64,000 bases of DNA from Polyangiales bacterium (lineage in GTDB: Bacteria > Myxococcota_A > Polyangia > Polyangiales > JADJQN01). Position numbers and translations under genes: made by a program. The DNA is taken from NCBI GenBank assembly GCA_964202905.1, contig CAXNJO010000004.1, positions 32,001-96,000 on the forward strand, read 5' to 3'. Of this stretch, positions 10,726 through 20,897 are shown piece by piece (position 1 is the first letter of the stretch; every line of letters starts with the position of its first letter). The notes beneath the pieces are model-generated. The model made no database searches and was not told the DNA's origin. It worked only from the letters and a program-made list of their open reading frames with translations.

Positions 10726-12375
10726 ATGCCGGCGCGCATCACCATCATCGGACCCGAGGGGCGGCACGAAGCCGAACTCAAGCCGCACAACACCCTCGGG
10801 CGGCATCCCAACAACACGATCCAACTCCTCGACCGAATCGTGTCGAAGGAGCACCTCCACATCAGCCTGATCAACGGCGCGTGGGTCGTGAAGGACCTCG
10901 GCTCGCTCAACGGCACCTGCGTGAACGGCGAGCGCATGACCGTCGACCGGCCGCTCAACAACGCCGACGAGATCACCCTCGGGTCGACGCGCATCATCTT
11001 TCAGAGCGACACGACAGCGGTCCCCGGCGGGCACCAAGGCGAGAGCGCGAAATCGATGTCGCGCGTGACCATGACGCCCGGGATGGTCGAGTCGCACATC
11101 CGCACGAAGCTCGCGCCGCTGCAGGACATCAGCTTCATGCCCGAGCGGCTCGTCACGGACGTCGAGGCGCTGCGCCGCGACTACGAGAAGCTGCGCGTGA
11201 GTTACGAGCTGCAGCGCGCGATCGGCGTCGAGCTCGACGTCGACAAGCTGCTCGCGAAGATCCTCGACACCGCATTCCAGTTGCTCGCCGCCGATCGCGG
11301 CGTCGTCTTGCTCGTCGAGGACGACGGCTCGCTCCGGCCGCGCTGCGTCCGCACCAAGCGTGCCGGGGCGGCGACGAGCGAGGAGGTCGTCCTCTCGACG
11401 ACGATCCTCGAGTCGGTGCGCCGCGACAAGGCGGCGGTGCTCTCGTCGGACGCGTCGATGGACTCTCGCTTCTCGGGGGCGCACTCGATCATCATGCAGG
11501 GCATCCGGTCGACGATGGCCGTGCCGTTGTTGCAGTCGGGAGAGCTCTTCGGGATCATGGTGCTCGACTCGCAGATCGCGACGAACGCCTTCACGGAGAA
11601 GGACCTCCAGCTCTTCCAGAACGTCGCGAATCAGGCCGCGATCGCCATCCAGAACGGCCTCTTCGCGAAGAAGCTCGAGAAGGAAGCCGTCACGCGCGAG
11701 CGCTTCCAGCGTCTGCTTTCGCCCGCCATCGCCGACCAGGTGTTGAGCGGCCGCGTCGAGATCGCGAAGGGCGGCGAGCTTCGCGACACGACGGTGCTGT
11801 TCACCGACATCCGTGGCTTCACCAGCATGAGCGAGTCCGCGCGCCCGCAGGACATCGTCAACATGCTCAACGAGTACTTCGAGCAGATGGTCGAGATCGT
11901 CTTCAAATACGAAGGCACGCTCGACAAGTTCGTCGGCGACGAAATCATGGCGCTCTACGGCTCGCCGGTCGCCCACGCCGACGACGCGTACCGGGCCGTG
12001 AAGACGGCGCTGGAGATGTTGCGCGTGCTCGCCGAGTGGAACCGCAAGCGCGTGTCCGAGGGTGAGATCCCCATCCACATCGGCGTCGGCATCAATTGCG
12101 GTGAGGTCGTCGCGGGCTACCTCGGCAGCAGCCGCGCGCTCGAGTACACGGTCATCGGCGATGTCGTGAACACCGGGGCGCGCCTCTGCTCGGTGGCGAA
12201 GGCGGGTGAGATCGTCGTGAGCGAGTTCGTGTACGCCCGCGTGAAGGACCACTTTGAGGCGATCGAGCTCCCCGCCGCGCAGGTGAAGGGCAAGTCCGCC
12301 GCGCTCAAGATCTACAAGGTCGTCGGCGAGAGGCACTCGGGCTCCTACGCGCACGAGCACACGCGTCCGGCCTGA
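10726..12375 (+). CDS. FHA-GAF-class III adenylate cyclase
   Basis: FHA (LGR...VSKEH...DLGSLNGT), GAF, and cyclase motifs LFTDIRGFT, DKFVGD, EYTVIGDVVNTGAR. Confidence 0.92.
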   Translation: MPARITIIGPEGRHEAELKPHNTLGRHPNNTIQLLDRIVSKEHLHISLINGAWVVKDLGSLNGTCVNGERMTVDRPLNNADEITLGSTRIIFQSDTTAVPGGHQGESAKSMSRVTMTPGMVESHIRTKLAPLQDISFMPERLVTDVEALRRDYEKLRVSYELQRAIGVELDVDKLLAKILDTAFQLLAADRGVVLLVEDDGSLRPRCVRTKRAGAATSEEVVLSTTILESVRRDKAAVLSSDASMDSRFSGAHSIIMQGIRSTMAVPLLQSGELFGIMVLDSQIATNAFTEKDLQLFQNVANQAAIAIQNGLFAKKLEKEAVTRERFQRLLSPAIADQVLSGRVEIAKGGELRDTTVLFTDIRGFTSMSESARPQDIVNMLNEYFEQMVEIVFKYEGTLDKFVGDEIMALYGSPVAHADDAYRAVKTALEMLRVLAEWNRKRVSEGEIPIHIGVGINCGEVVAGYLGSSRALEYTVIGDVVNTGARLCSVAKAGEIVVSEFVYARVKDHFEAIELPAAQVKGKSAALKIYKVVGERHSGSYAHEHTRPA

Positions 12376-12391
12376 GGCATACCCCGCGCGC

Positions 12392-13351
12392 ATGGCCCAC
12401 CTCGAGTTCGAGAGACCGCTCGTGGAGCTCGAGCAGCGTATCCGCGCGCTGCGTCAGGCAGCGGAGGCGCGCGCGGACGGCTCCGAAGGCGTGTCCGAGG
12501 CCGAGTTGAAGCGCCTCGAGGAGCGCGCGGAGAAGCTCAGCACGGAAATCTACGGCGACCTCGACACCTGGCAGAAGGTGTTGCTCTCGAGGCACCCGGA
12601 TCGCCCTTATTTCCTCGACTATCTCGAGCGGATTTTCGAGGATTTCGTCGAACTGCATGGCGACCGTGGCTTCGCGGACGACGCGGCGATCGTGGCGGGT
12701 TTCGCGCGCTTCGAGGGGCGAAGCGTGGCGGTGATCGGCCAGCAGAAGGGCCGCACGACGAAGGAGAAGGTCCGGCGAAACTTCGGCATGCCCAACCCTG
12801 AGGGCTACCGGAAGGCGATGCGCGTGATGGCGCTCGCGGACCGCTTCCGGCGGCCAGTGCTGACGTTCATCGACACACCCGGCGCGTATCCGGGCGTCGG
12901 CGCGGAGGAGCGCGGGCAGAGCGAGGCGATCGGGCAATCCTTGCTCACGATGTCGCGGCTGCGCGTCCCGGTGATCGCGACGGTGCTCGGCGAGGGCGGG
13001 TCGGGCGGCGCCCTCGCGCTCGGCGTCGCGAACCGTGTGTTCATGATGCAATACGCGACGTACTCGGTGATCACGCCCGAGGGCTGCGCATCGATCTTGT
13101 GGCGGGACGGGGCCCGTGCGCCCGAGGCCGCGCGCGCGCTCCGCATGCTCGCGACGGACGCGCAGCTCCTCGGTGCGGTCGATGGCGTGATCCCGGAGCC
13201 GCGGGGCGGCGCGCACCGCGATCCGGAGGCCGCCGCGCGTGGCTTGCGCGACATGTTGAGGCGGTCGCTCGCGGCGCTCGAAGGGCTCTCGCCCGCGGGA
13301 CTCGTGGACGCGCGCTACGCCAAGTTCCGCGGGCTCGGTGTGCTCGGCTGA
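12392..13351 (+). CDS. accA: Acetyl-CoA carboxylase carboxyltransferase alpha subunit
   Basis: LEFERPL, RHPDRP, NFGMPNPEGYRKA, IDTPGAYPG..AEERGQ, GEGGSGGAL. Confidence 0.98.
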   Translation: MAHLEFERPLVELEQRIRALRQAAEARADGSEGVSEAELKRLEERAEKLSTEIYGDLDTWQKVLLSRHPDRPYFLDYLERIFEDFVELHGDRGFADDAAIVAGFARFEGRSVAVIGQQKGRTTKEKVRRNFGMPNPEGYRKAMRVMALADRFRRPVLTFIDTPGAYPGVGAEERGQSEAIGQSLLTMSRLRVPVIATVLGEGGSGGALALGVANRVFMMQYATYSVITPEGCASILWRDGARAPEAARALRMLATDAQLLGAVDGVIPEPRGGAHRDPEAAARGLRDMLRRSLAALEGLSPAGLVDARYAKFRGLGVLG

Positions 13352-13385
13352 GGTGGCGCGCCGTGCCCCGTGTGCCGGCGATTTG

Positions 13386-13415
13386 TTGACCCGCCGCGAG
13401 CAGGATTCGTACGAT
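13386..13415 (+). promoter_or_regulatory. Putative promoter, probably leaderless
   Basis: TTGACC-N18-TACGAT ending 6 nt before GTG 13422. Confidence 0.5.
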
Positions 13416-13421
13416 CTCGAT

Positions 13422-14408
13422 GTGCGCAGGTCCCTTCTCCACGTCGCCGTGCTGCTCGCGCTCGCCGGTGCTCCGCTGGTCATCGGTTGCGGGGCGGCCG
13501 CACGTCCGCTGGCTCCCGCGTCGTCCGCGTCGTCCGCGCGTGTGGAAGGCCCGAGCGTCCGCGAGCGTGAGTTGGAGGGGCGCCTCGCCCTCGCGGAGGC
13601 GGAGGTGCTTGAGCTGCGGGATCGGCAGCGTCTCGCGGACGCGGAGTCGCGCCGCAGGACGGTGCGCATCGGGCGGGCGCGGACGGGACTCGCGGAGGAG
13701 GCCACCGGTGCGCCCAGCGCGGACGTCGTGCTTCCCGAGGAAGACGGCGGCGCGGCGACACCGACCGAGGGACCTCGTCCGGTGCTCGAGCTCGTCGGCC
13801 AGCCGCAGGTCCGCGCCGTGACGCTTCCCGCGGCTGAGCCCCTTGCGTTGCCGCCGCCGCCGCCCGGCGTCGAGGACCGCCTCCCCATTCTTCCGATCGA
13901 GGGGGCGGATGCGCCCGGGCGCTATGCGCGCCAACTCGCCGCGCGCGTCGCTGCGACGCCCTCCTCGCGCTTGCCGGCCGTGCCCGTCGAAGGGCTCCCT
14001 GCCGGCGCGCCGACTGCACCCGCGTCTGCGCGGACGGAGGACGTGGCCGTGGCCGAGTATCGCGAGGCGCTCGAGCTCGTGCACGCGCGACAGCTCGAGC
14101 GCGCGCTCGCCGCGCTCAGCGTCTTCATCGCGCGGCACCCGGGGCACTCGCACGCGCACGGGGCGCGCTACTGGCGCGCCGAGGTGCGGTATGCCCAGCG
14201 CGAATACGCGCTCGCGCTCGCTGGGTTCGAGGAGCTGCTCCGCCTCTCGCCCGCCCACGCGCGCGCCGCGGATGCCCTGCTCAAGATCGGTCTCTGTCAT
14301 CAGCGCATGGGCGACCTCGCGCGGGCCCATCTCGTATTCCAGCGCGTTCAGCGCCAGTTCCCAGACACCGCAGCCGCGCGCTCAGCGTCGCGTCAGGACG
14401 CGTCATGA
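13422..14408 (+). CDS. CpoB/YbgF-like TPR lipoprotein
   Basis: Lipobox-like LVIGC after a hydrophobic stretch. C-terminal TPRs ARYWRAEV...ADALLKIGLC...QFPDTAAA. Confidence 0.8.
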   Translation: MRRSLLHVAVLLALAGAPLVIGCGAAARPLAPASSASSARVEGPSVRERELEGRLALAEAEVLELRDRQRLADAESRRRTVRIGRARTGLAEEATGAPSADVVLPEEDGGAATPTEGPRPVLELVGQPQVRAVTLPAAEPLALPPPPPGVEDRLPILPIEGADAPGRYARQLAARVAATPSSRLPAVPVEGLPAGAPTAPASARTEDVAVAEYREALELVHARQLERALAALSVFIARHPGHSHAHGARYWRAEVRYAQREYALALAGFEELLRLSPAHARAADALLKIGLCHQRMGDLARAHLVFQRVQRQFPDTAAARSASRQDAS

Positions 14409-15550
14409 AAGTCTCTCGCACACTCCTCGCCGTCATCCTCGGGCTCGCGGGCGCGCCGCTCTTCACCGCCATCTCACCGCCGGTGCATGCGCAGGACGAA
14501 GGCTTCGAAGGCAGCTCCTTCGACGGGTCCAACGTCGCAGACGACGAGGACGCCACGGCGCGCCCGTCCGGTCCGCGCGGCGAGGTCCCCGCGCGCTACG
14601 TCGTGCGTCGGGGCGACACCTTGTGGGACGTCACGGGGCGCTTCTTCGGCGACCCGTTCCTCTGGCCGCGCGTCTGGTCTTACAACCCGGAGATCACGAA
14701 CCCCCACTGGATCTACCCGGAAGGCGCGTTGCGCCTGCTGCCGGCCGCGGGCACCCCGCAGGCCGCGGCCGCCGCGGCGGCGATGCCCCGACGTTCGCCG
14801 CATGTGCGGATCGGACGCGCGTCGCAGGGCGGTGTGTTCCTCCGCGAGGAGGGCTTTCTCGACCGCGAGGCGCTCAGCGAGTCGGGGGAGATCGTCGGTT
14901 CGCCGGCCGATCACATGCTGCTCAGCACGTACGACGAGGCCTACGTACAATTCGACGCCGATCAGGACGAGCGCGTCGCGCCGGGCCAAGAGTGGACCAT
15001 CTTCACCGAGGCATCCGGCGCGGATGCCCCCGATGAGGCCGCCGGCACGCTCGTGCGCATCTACGGCGCGGTCCGCGTCGAGACCTACGACCGCGAGCGG
15101 CACACGGCGCGCGCGACGATCATCGAGGCGCTCGAGCCGATCGAGCGCGGCCACCGCATCGCGGCGATGCCGCGTCGCTTCGACGACGTGCCTGCGCGCC
15201 GGAACGAGCGGGACTTGCGGGCACGGATCATCGCCTCGATGCGCCCGCGCACGCTCCTCGGCGAGCAGCAGGTGATCTTCCTCGACGTTGGTTCCGAGCA
15301 GGGTGTGCGCGAGGGAAACCGACTCTTCGTCGTCCGGCAGGGCGACACGTGGCGCGAGGACATCGGGAGCGGTGCGCTCGAGCCGGGCTCGACGGCCGAG
15401 GTGCGGCGCACGCCTGGCGAGTACCCTGAGGAAATCGTGGCCGAGGTGCGGATCGTCCACGTTCGCCCCAAGACCTGCACGGCCATCGTGACCGCATCGA
15501 CGCGCGAACTGGCGATCGGCGATCGCGCCGAAATGCGCCGCGGCTACTGA
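14405..15550 (+). CDS. LysM peptidoglycan-binding protein, TsaP-like
   Basis: Signal peptide; YVVRRGDTLWDV...WPRVWSYNPEITNPHWIYP; FlgT-C-like beta domains (IFLDVGSEQGVREG). Confidence 0.85.
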   Translation: MKVSRTLLAVILGLAGAPLFTAISPPVHAQDEGFEGSSFDGSNVADDEDATARPSGPRGEVPARYVVRRGDTLWDVTGRFFGDPFLWPRVWSYNPEITNPHWIYPEGALRLLPAAGTPQAAAAAAAMPRRSPHVRIGRASQGGVFLREEGFLDREALSESGEIVGSPADHMLLSTYDEAYVQFDADQDERVAPGQEWTIFTEASGADAPDEAAGTLVRIYGAVRVETYDRERHTARATIIEALEPIERGHRIAAMPRRFDDVPARRNERDLRARIIASMRPRTLLGEQQVIFLDVGSEQGVREGNRLFVVRQGDTWREDIGSGALEPGSTAEVRRTPGEYPEEIVAEVRIVHVRPKTCTAIVTASTRELAIGDRAEMRRGY

Positions 15551-15607
15551 CGCACGTCGCGTGCGCGCCGTTGCCCGCCTCGCGCCGAGCGTGCGAGAGT
15601 GGGCGCG

Positions 15608-17665
15608 ATGTCCGGATCGGAGCCGCTGACCGTCGAGGGCGAGGCCGCGCTGCGGGCCGAGCTGGCGCGTGAGCACGCGAAACTGCGTGCCTTGCAGGAG
15701 ATCGGCACGGCTCTGAGCACGACGTTCGACCTGAGCCAGTTGCTCACGATGGTGCTCGGCAAAGTCTCCGAGGTCATGGACGCGGAGCGCTCGACCCTCT
15801 ACCTCCTCGACGAGGACACGGGCGAGCTCTGGTCGAAGGTCGCCCAGGGGACGATCGAGACGGAGATCCGGCTGAAGGTCGGCGAAGGGCTCACCGGTTG
15901 GGTCGCGCGCGCGGGGCGGCCGCTGAACATCAAGGACGCGTACCTCGATCCGCGTTTCGACGGCGACTGGGATCGGCGCACCGGCTACCGCACGCGCTCG
16001 ACGCTGTGCGTGCCGATGAAGAACCACCACGGACGCACGATCGGTGTCGTGCAGGTCCTCAACAAGCGCGACGGCGGCTATTTCAGCGTCGAGGACGAGG
16101 CGCTCCTGCTCTCGCTCGCCTCGCAGGCCGCCGTCTCGATCGAGAACAGCAAGCTCTTCCTCTCCTATTACGCGAAGAACGTGGAACTCGCGGAGGCGAA
16201 ATCGCAACTCGAGCGCAAGGTGCGCGAGCTCGACGTCGTCTTCGAAATTGCGCAGGTCGCCGCGAGCGCGATGCGCCTCGAAGACCTGCTCGAGGGCGTG
16301 CTCGCGCGGACGATCCGCGCGATCGGCGCCGAGGCCGGCAGCATTCTGATCGCGGATGAACAGAGCGGCGACCTCCGCTTCCGTGCAGCCATCGGCGGCG
16401 AGCCCGACGCGGTCAAGCGCCTGAAGATCAAGGCGGGGCAGGGGATCAGCGGTTGGGTCGCGCGTCACGGCGAGCCGCAGATCGTGAACGACGTCGACGA
16501 AGACGGACGGCACTCCGTCGAGATCGCCGACCGCGTTGGCTATCACCCGCGTTCCGTGCTGTGCGTGCCGCTCCGCTGGAAGGACGGCGTCGGCGCGCTC
16601 GAGCTGCTCAACAAGGGCAACGGGCGCCTCGCCTTCGACGACGACGACGTGAAGTTTGCGAGCGTCATCGCGGGGCACGTCTCGAACGCGATCGCCTTCG
16701 CGCGATTTCGTGAGCTGCGTGAGCGCGAGGAGCGGCTCTCCACGATCGGCCAGCTCCTCTCGAGCGTGCTCCACGACCTGAAGACGCCGATGACCGTCGT
16801 GCAGGGCTACGCGCAGCTCCTCGTGAGCGAGCGCGACCAGGAGGTGCGGCAGAGCTACGGCGACGCGGTGCTGCGTCAGGTGCGCTTCGTGAACGCGATG
16901 ACGCGCGAAATCCTCGCGTTCGCGCGCGGGGAGCGCACGGTGCTCGTCGGCAAGGTGTACCTGCACAAGTTCTTCGGCGAGGTGCAGGAGCAACTCGATC
17001 GCGAGTTCCGCGATCGCGGCGTGAACGTTCGGCTCGAGTTGAACGACCGCGGTGTCGCGCACTTCGACCAGCAGAAGATCGAGCGCGCGCTGCACAACCT
17101 CGCCCGCAACGCAGCCGAGGCGCTCGGCCAGGCGGGGGGCAACGTCGTCATCGGCGTCGATCGGCGCTCGGCGTCGGAGGCCGGTGGAGAGGCGATCCTC
17201 GTCACCGTCATGGACGATGGTCCCGGGATCTCCGACGAGATCCGCGAGCGCCTCTTCGAGAGTTTCACGACACACGGCAAAAAAGGAGGCACGGGCCTCG
17301 GTCTCGCCATCGTGCGCAAGGTCGTCGAGGACCACGGCGGGCGCGTCACCGTCGAGAGCGAACCCGGCCGCACGGTCTTCACGCTCGAACTACCCGAGCC
17401 GCGCGTCGACACGCTCTCGCAGCCGGCCGCACGGAAGTCGACGCCCCCCGCGGCGCTCTCCGCACGTGCACGACAGTCTACGCCGCCCCCATCCTCGGCG
17501 CGGCGGACCCTGCCGCCGCCTGCCCTGCCGCCGCCTACGCTCGCCCCGCCTGCGCTGCCGCCGCCTACGCTGGCTTCGCCTACGCTGGCCCCGCGCGGAA
17601 CCGAGGCCGCCTCGACCGGCGCCCCGGAGGCCGATGCCGCCACGGCGGCGCCGCGGCGCCCCTGA
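15608..17665 (+). CDS. Tandem-GAF sensor histidine kinase
   Basis: Two GAF domains (GVVQVLNK, LELLNK); H-box LHDLKTPM; NLARNA, DDGPG and GTGLGL boxes; Pro-rich tail. Confidence 0.93.
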   Translation: MSGSEPLTVEGEAALRAELAREHAKLRALQEIGTALSTTFDLSQLLTMVLGKVSEVMDAERSTLYLLDEDTGELWSKVAQGTIETEIRLKVGEGLTGWVARAGRPLNIKDAYLDPRFDGDWDRRTGYRTRSTLCVPMKNHHGRTIGVVQVLNKRDGGYFSVEDEALLLSLASQAAVSIENSKLFLSYYAKNVELAEAKSQLERKVRELDVVFEIAQVAASAMRLEDLLEGVLARTIRAIGAEAGSILIADEQSGDLRFRAAIGGEPDAVKRLKIKAGQGISGWVARHGEPQIVNDVDEDGRHSVEIADRVGYHPRSVLCVPLRWKDGVGALELLNKGNGRLAFDDDDVKFASVIAGHVSNAIAFARFRELREREERLSTIGQLLSSVLHDLKTPMTVVQGYAQLLVSERDQEVRQSYGDAVLRQVRFVNAMTREILAFARGERTVLVGKVYLHKFFGEVQEQLDREFRDRGVNVRLELNDRGVAHFDQQKIERALHNLARNAAEALGQAGGNVVIGVDRRSASEAGGEAILVTVMDDGPGISDEIRERLFESFTTHGKKGGTGLGLAIVRKVVEDHGGRVTVESEPGRTVFTLELPEPRVDTLSQPAARKSTPPAALSARARQSTPPPSSARRTLPPPALPPPTLAPPALPPPTLASPTLAPRGTEAASTGAPEADAATAAPRRP
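17510..17594 (+). repeat. Imperfect 15-bp tandem repeat encoding LPPPA/LPPPT/LAPPA
   Basis: CTGCCGCCGCCTRCG-like units in the kinase tail. Confidence 0.75.
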
Positions 17666-17678
17666 GCGGCCCGCGGGT

Positions 17679-18041
17679 TCAGCCGAAGTCGCGCTCCTGA
17701 CGCTCCTGATCCTCTTTGCAGCGGATGCAGAGCGTGGTCTCTGGGCGCGCCTCGAGGCGCTTGACGGAGATCTCCTCGTCGCAGGACTCACAAGTCCCGA
17801 AGGAGTCGTCCTCGATCTTCTTGAGGGCGCGATCGATCTTGTCGAGGAACGTCTTCTCGCGGCCGCGGAGGCGGAATGTGAACGACTGGATGTACTCGCT
17901 CGAGGCGAGGTCCATCTCGTCGGGGAGATCGTTCGAGTCGAGGGTCATGTCCTCGGCGATCGTCTGCTGCGCGTTCTTGATCAACGCGTCGCGCTTCTCT
18001 TCGAGGAGCTTCTTGAACCGCTTGAGTTCGGCTTTTTTCAT
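17679..18041 (-). CDS. dksA: DksA/TraR C4 zinc-finger protein
   Basis: PDEMDLAS coiled-coil tip (DxxDxA); CESC...RLEARP..LCIRC; 120 aa. Confidence 0.9.
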   Translation of the reverse strand: MKKAELKRFKKLLEEKRDALIKNAQQTIAEDMTLDSNDLPDEMDLASSEYIQSFTFRLRGREKTFLDKIDRALKKIEDDSFGTCESCDEEISVKRLEARPETTLCIRCKEDQERQERDFG

Positions 18042-18095
18042 CCCTCAACCCCTTGGCGTAAAGAGCGTAGGAGAATAGTTCCCGGCTCGTGGCCG

Positions 18096-20897
18096 TCAAG
18101 ACCCGCCACGCGCGCGGGCTGCGCGACGGGCGACATGGCGGGAGAATCTCACGCGCCGCGCGAGCAGGTCGAGCACGAAGAGCGCGAGCGCGGTGTAGAG
18201 CAGCGGGGGCCAGGCGGGCTCGTGATGGCGCACGGTCTCGCCGCGGGGCGCGAAGAGGCGTGCCGGCGTCGGCTCCCGGTCGCCCCCCGTGAGCGCCGCG
18301 ATGCGTTGTAGGAGCGCGTCGCTCGGCTCGACGGTCGCGTACTCGCGCGGGTACGGGTTCGCGAGTTGCGCGCGGCTCTCCGCGATGGGCCGGCCGTCGC
18401 GCGCGTGCACGGCCTCGAGCACGAACGCGCCGTACCGATCGAGCGGGAATCGCGCCTCGTAGCGGCCGGGCGCCGTCTGGCGGAGCGGGTGTGTCTCGGT
18501 GCGGCGGGCCTCGTCGTCGTCCGCTGGCTCGACGCCCGCGTCGTGTCGAGCGCTCGGAGCTCGGCGCGTCGATGCGCCGAGCGGGCCGGTCATCGTCACG
18601 CGGCTCTCGAGCCCGTCGAGGAAGCGATCGTCCTGGCCGATCGCGTCGACCTCGACGCGCACCACGCCGTCCTCGATCGAGGCGTGCATGTCGAGCGTCT
18701 CGCGTCGACGCTCGCGCATGTGCTCGCGCACGAGCTGCGACCAGAAGGGCTGGAAGCCCGGCCAGCGCAGCCAGTCGACGGCCCAGCGGTTCTTGATGTC
18801 GCTCGTCCACGCGAGGGACCAGCCGAGCCCGACGCGCCAGCGGGCGAGGAGCGGCTCGCCGAGCTCGGAGCGCAGCACGACCTGCGCGGGCGCGGGCTTC
18901 GCTTGCGTCGCGACGTAGCCGTGGAGGAACGGCGCGCTCGCGAGGTCGACGGAACGCAGGAAATCGGCCGAGGCGGCGATCGTCGGCTGGAAGTACTCCT
19001 CGACGGCGCTCGAGCGCGCGACGGTGGTCGTCTCGCGCGTGAAGATGCGCGGCACGTTGTGCGGGTCGACGGTGAAGTACGCGCGCCCGCCGCCGAGGTT
19101 CGCCATGCTCTGCAGGAGCGCGCGGTTCACGTCGCCGCCGAGGCCCACGACGCTCACCGTGATGCTCTCGGCGCGCATCGCCTGCACGATCGTGTCGATG
19201 CCGCTCTCCTGCGTCTGGCCGTCGGTCAGCAGGATGACGTGCTTGATGCGCGCGCGCGTGACGGCGAGGTCTTGGTACGCCATGTCGAGCGCGGGGAAGA
19301 TCGCGGTGCCGCCGGACGGCGCGAGGCGGCCGATGTCGGTGAGGATCCGCAAGCGGTTCGAGGCGCTCTGCATCCGCACGATGCGGACGGGTTGCGAATC
19401 GAAGCCGACGACCTCGAGGTAGTCCTCCGCGGACAGCAGCTCCGCCGTCGCGCGGGCCGCGTCCTTCGCGAGCTCCATCTTGAGACCCGTCATGGAGCCG
19501 CTCTTGTCGATGACGAGCGCGAGCGCGAGCGATGGTTGATCGCGGCGGCGCTCGGCGTCCATGCGCACCGGCAGCAGCTGCTCGATGCGCGTCCCGCCCC
19601 AGCCACCGAGGCCGAAGCCCTGCTCGCCGCCCGCCATCAGGAAGCCGCCGCCGAGGTCGCGCACGTAGCGCTCGAGGGCGTCCATCTGGCCGAGCGAGAC
19701 GGCGTCGGCGGGCACGTCGGAGAGCACGACGAAGTCGAAGCGCTCGAGTTCGCGGACGCTCGTCGGCAGCTCGCGGGGGCCGCGCACGTCGAGCTCGTAG
19801 TCACCCGCCGCGAGCGCGCGGGCGAGCCAGGTTGCGCGCCCCGGATCCGACTCGACGATCATCACCGTCGGGCGCCCGGGGACGATCGCGCTCGTCACGA
19901 AGCGGTTGTTCGCGCGGAAGCGATCGGGACCGAGCGGCTCGACCTCCACCGTGTAGGTGACGGGGCCCGGCACCCGCACGACGCTGCGGAACTCGAGCTC
20001 CGTCTCGCCCCGTGGGAGCGACACCTCGCGCTGCGGATCGAGCGCGTTCGGCCCGTCGTCCTGCCGCACGCGGACGCGCACGCGCGTCGGCTGCGTCGCG
20101 AAGAGGCGGGCGCGCACGAAGAACGTCGCCCCGACCTCGAGGCGATCCGGGAGGGACGCGCTGCGGATCGCGACCTCCGGCGGCGCGCCGCGGCGCGACG
20201 GGTGGTAGGAGACGCGCACCCCGAAGCGGCGGGCCCGGCTCGCCTCCCCGAGCGCGTCGCCCTCCGTCTGCACGCCGTCCGAGAGGAGCACCGCGCGGCG
20301 CAGATGCCCCGGCGGGAAGAGCCCGTACGCGAGCTGGAGCGCGGCCTCGAGATCGGTGCCCGCGCCGGGATCCATCGCGCCTGCGGCGTGCGCGGCAGGC
20401 CGCGTGATCGGCGGGATCGAGGCGGCTTCTGCGTCGAGCGGCACGACGCGCGGGTGCCGCGCGAAGGCGACGAGTTGCACGTCGTGATCGCCGCGCGCGC
20501 GCCACGCTGCATCGACGATCGCGCGTGCGTCCGCGAGCGCGGCGTCGGTGACGGACTCGGAGACGTCGACCAGGAAGACGGTGCTGACCTTCGCGCTCTC
20601 GGTGGTGCGCGCAGGTCGCGCGAGCGCGAGCGCGAGGGCCGCGACGAGCGCGGCGCGCAGCGCGAACGACAGCGCGCGCTGTGCCGGCGCGAGGTCGGCG
20701 AGCGAGCGACGGAGCGCGAGCGCGAGCAGCGGCACCACCGCGAGCGCGTAGAGCGCGGCCGGCGTGCCGAGCGTGTAGCGGTCCGCGCCGTGCACCCACG
20801 CCCGCGGACCTGCCGCGAGAAACCACGCGACGAGCCCGGCGACGCCCGCGGAGAGCGCGCATGCGGCGAGCGCCTCGAGCGCGACGCGGCGCCTCAT
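18096..20897 (-). CDS. Membrane vWA protein (two vWA domains plus a GATase1-like domain)
   Basis: MIDAS motifs VDVSES / LLSDG and IDKSGSM / GGT / LLTDG; GGGFLMAGGEQGFG; N- and C-terminal TM. ATG 20897 overlaps the upstream stop. Confidence 0.88.
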   Translation of the reverse strand: MRRRVALEALAACALSAGVAGLVAWFLAAGPRAWVHGADRYTLGTPAALYALAVVPLLALALRRSLADLAPAQRALSFALRAALVAALALALARPARTTESAKVSTVFLVDVSESVTDAALADARAIVDAAWRARGDHDVQLVAFARHPRVVPLDAEAASIPPITRPAAHAAGAMDPGAGTDLEAALQLAYGLFPPGHLRRAVLLSDGVQTEGDALGEASRARRFGVRVSYHPSRRGAPPEVAIRSASLPDRLEVGATFFVRARLFATQPTRVRVRVRQDDGPNALDPQREVSLPRGETELEFRSVVRVPGPVTYTVEVEPLGPDRFRANNRFVTSAIVPGRPTVMIVESDPGRATWLARALAAGDYELDVRGPRELPTSVRELERFDFVVLSDVPADAVSLGQMDALERYVRDLGGGFLMAGGEQGFGLGGWGGTRIEQLLPVRMDAERRRDQPSLALALVIDKSGSMTGLKMELAKDAARATAELLSAEDYLEVVGFDSQPVRIVRMQSASNRLRILTDIGRLAPSGGTAIFPALDMAYQDLAVTRARIKHVILLTDGQTQESGIDTIVQAMRAESITVSVVGLGGDVNRALLQSMANLGGGRAYFTVDPHNVPRIFTRETTTVARSSAVEEYFQPTIAASADFLRSVDLASAPFLHGYVATQAKPAPAQVVLRSELGEPLLARWRVGLGWSLAWTSDIKNRWAVDWLRWPGFQPFWSQLVREHMRERRRETLDMHASIEDGVVRVEVDAIGQDDRFLDGLESRVTMTGPLGASTRRAPSARHDAGVEPADDDEARRTETHPLRQTAPGRYEARFPLDRYGAFVLEAVHARDGRPIAESRAQLANPYPREYATVEPSDALLQRIAALTGGDREPTPARLFAPRGETVRHHEPAWPPLLYTALALFVLDLLARRVRFSRHVARRAARARGGS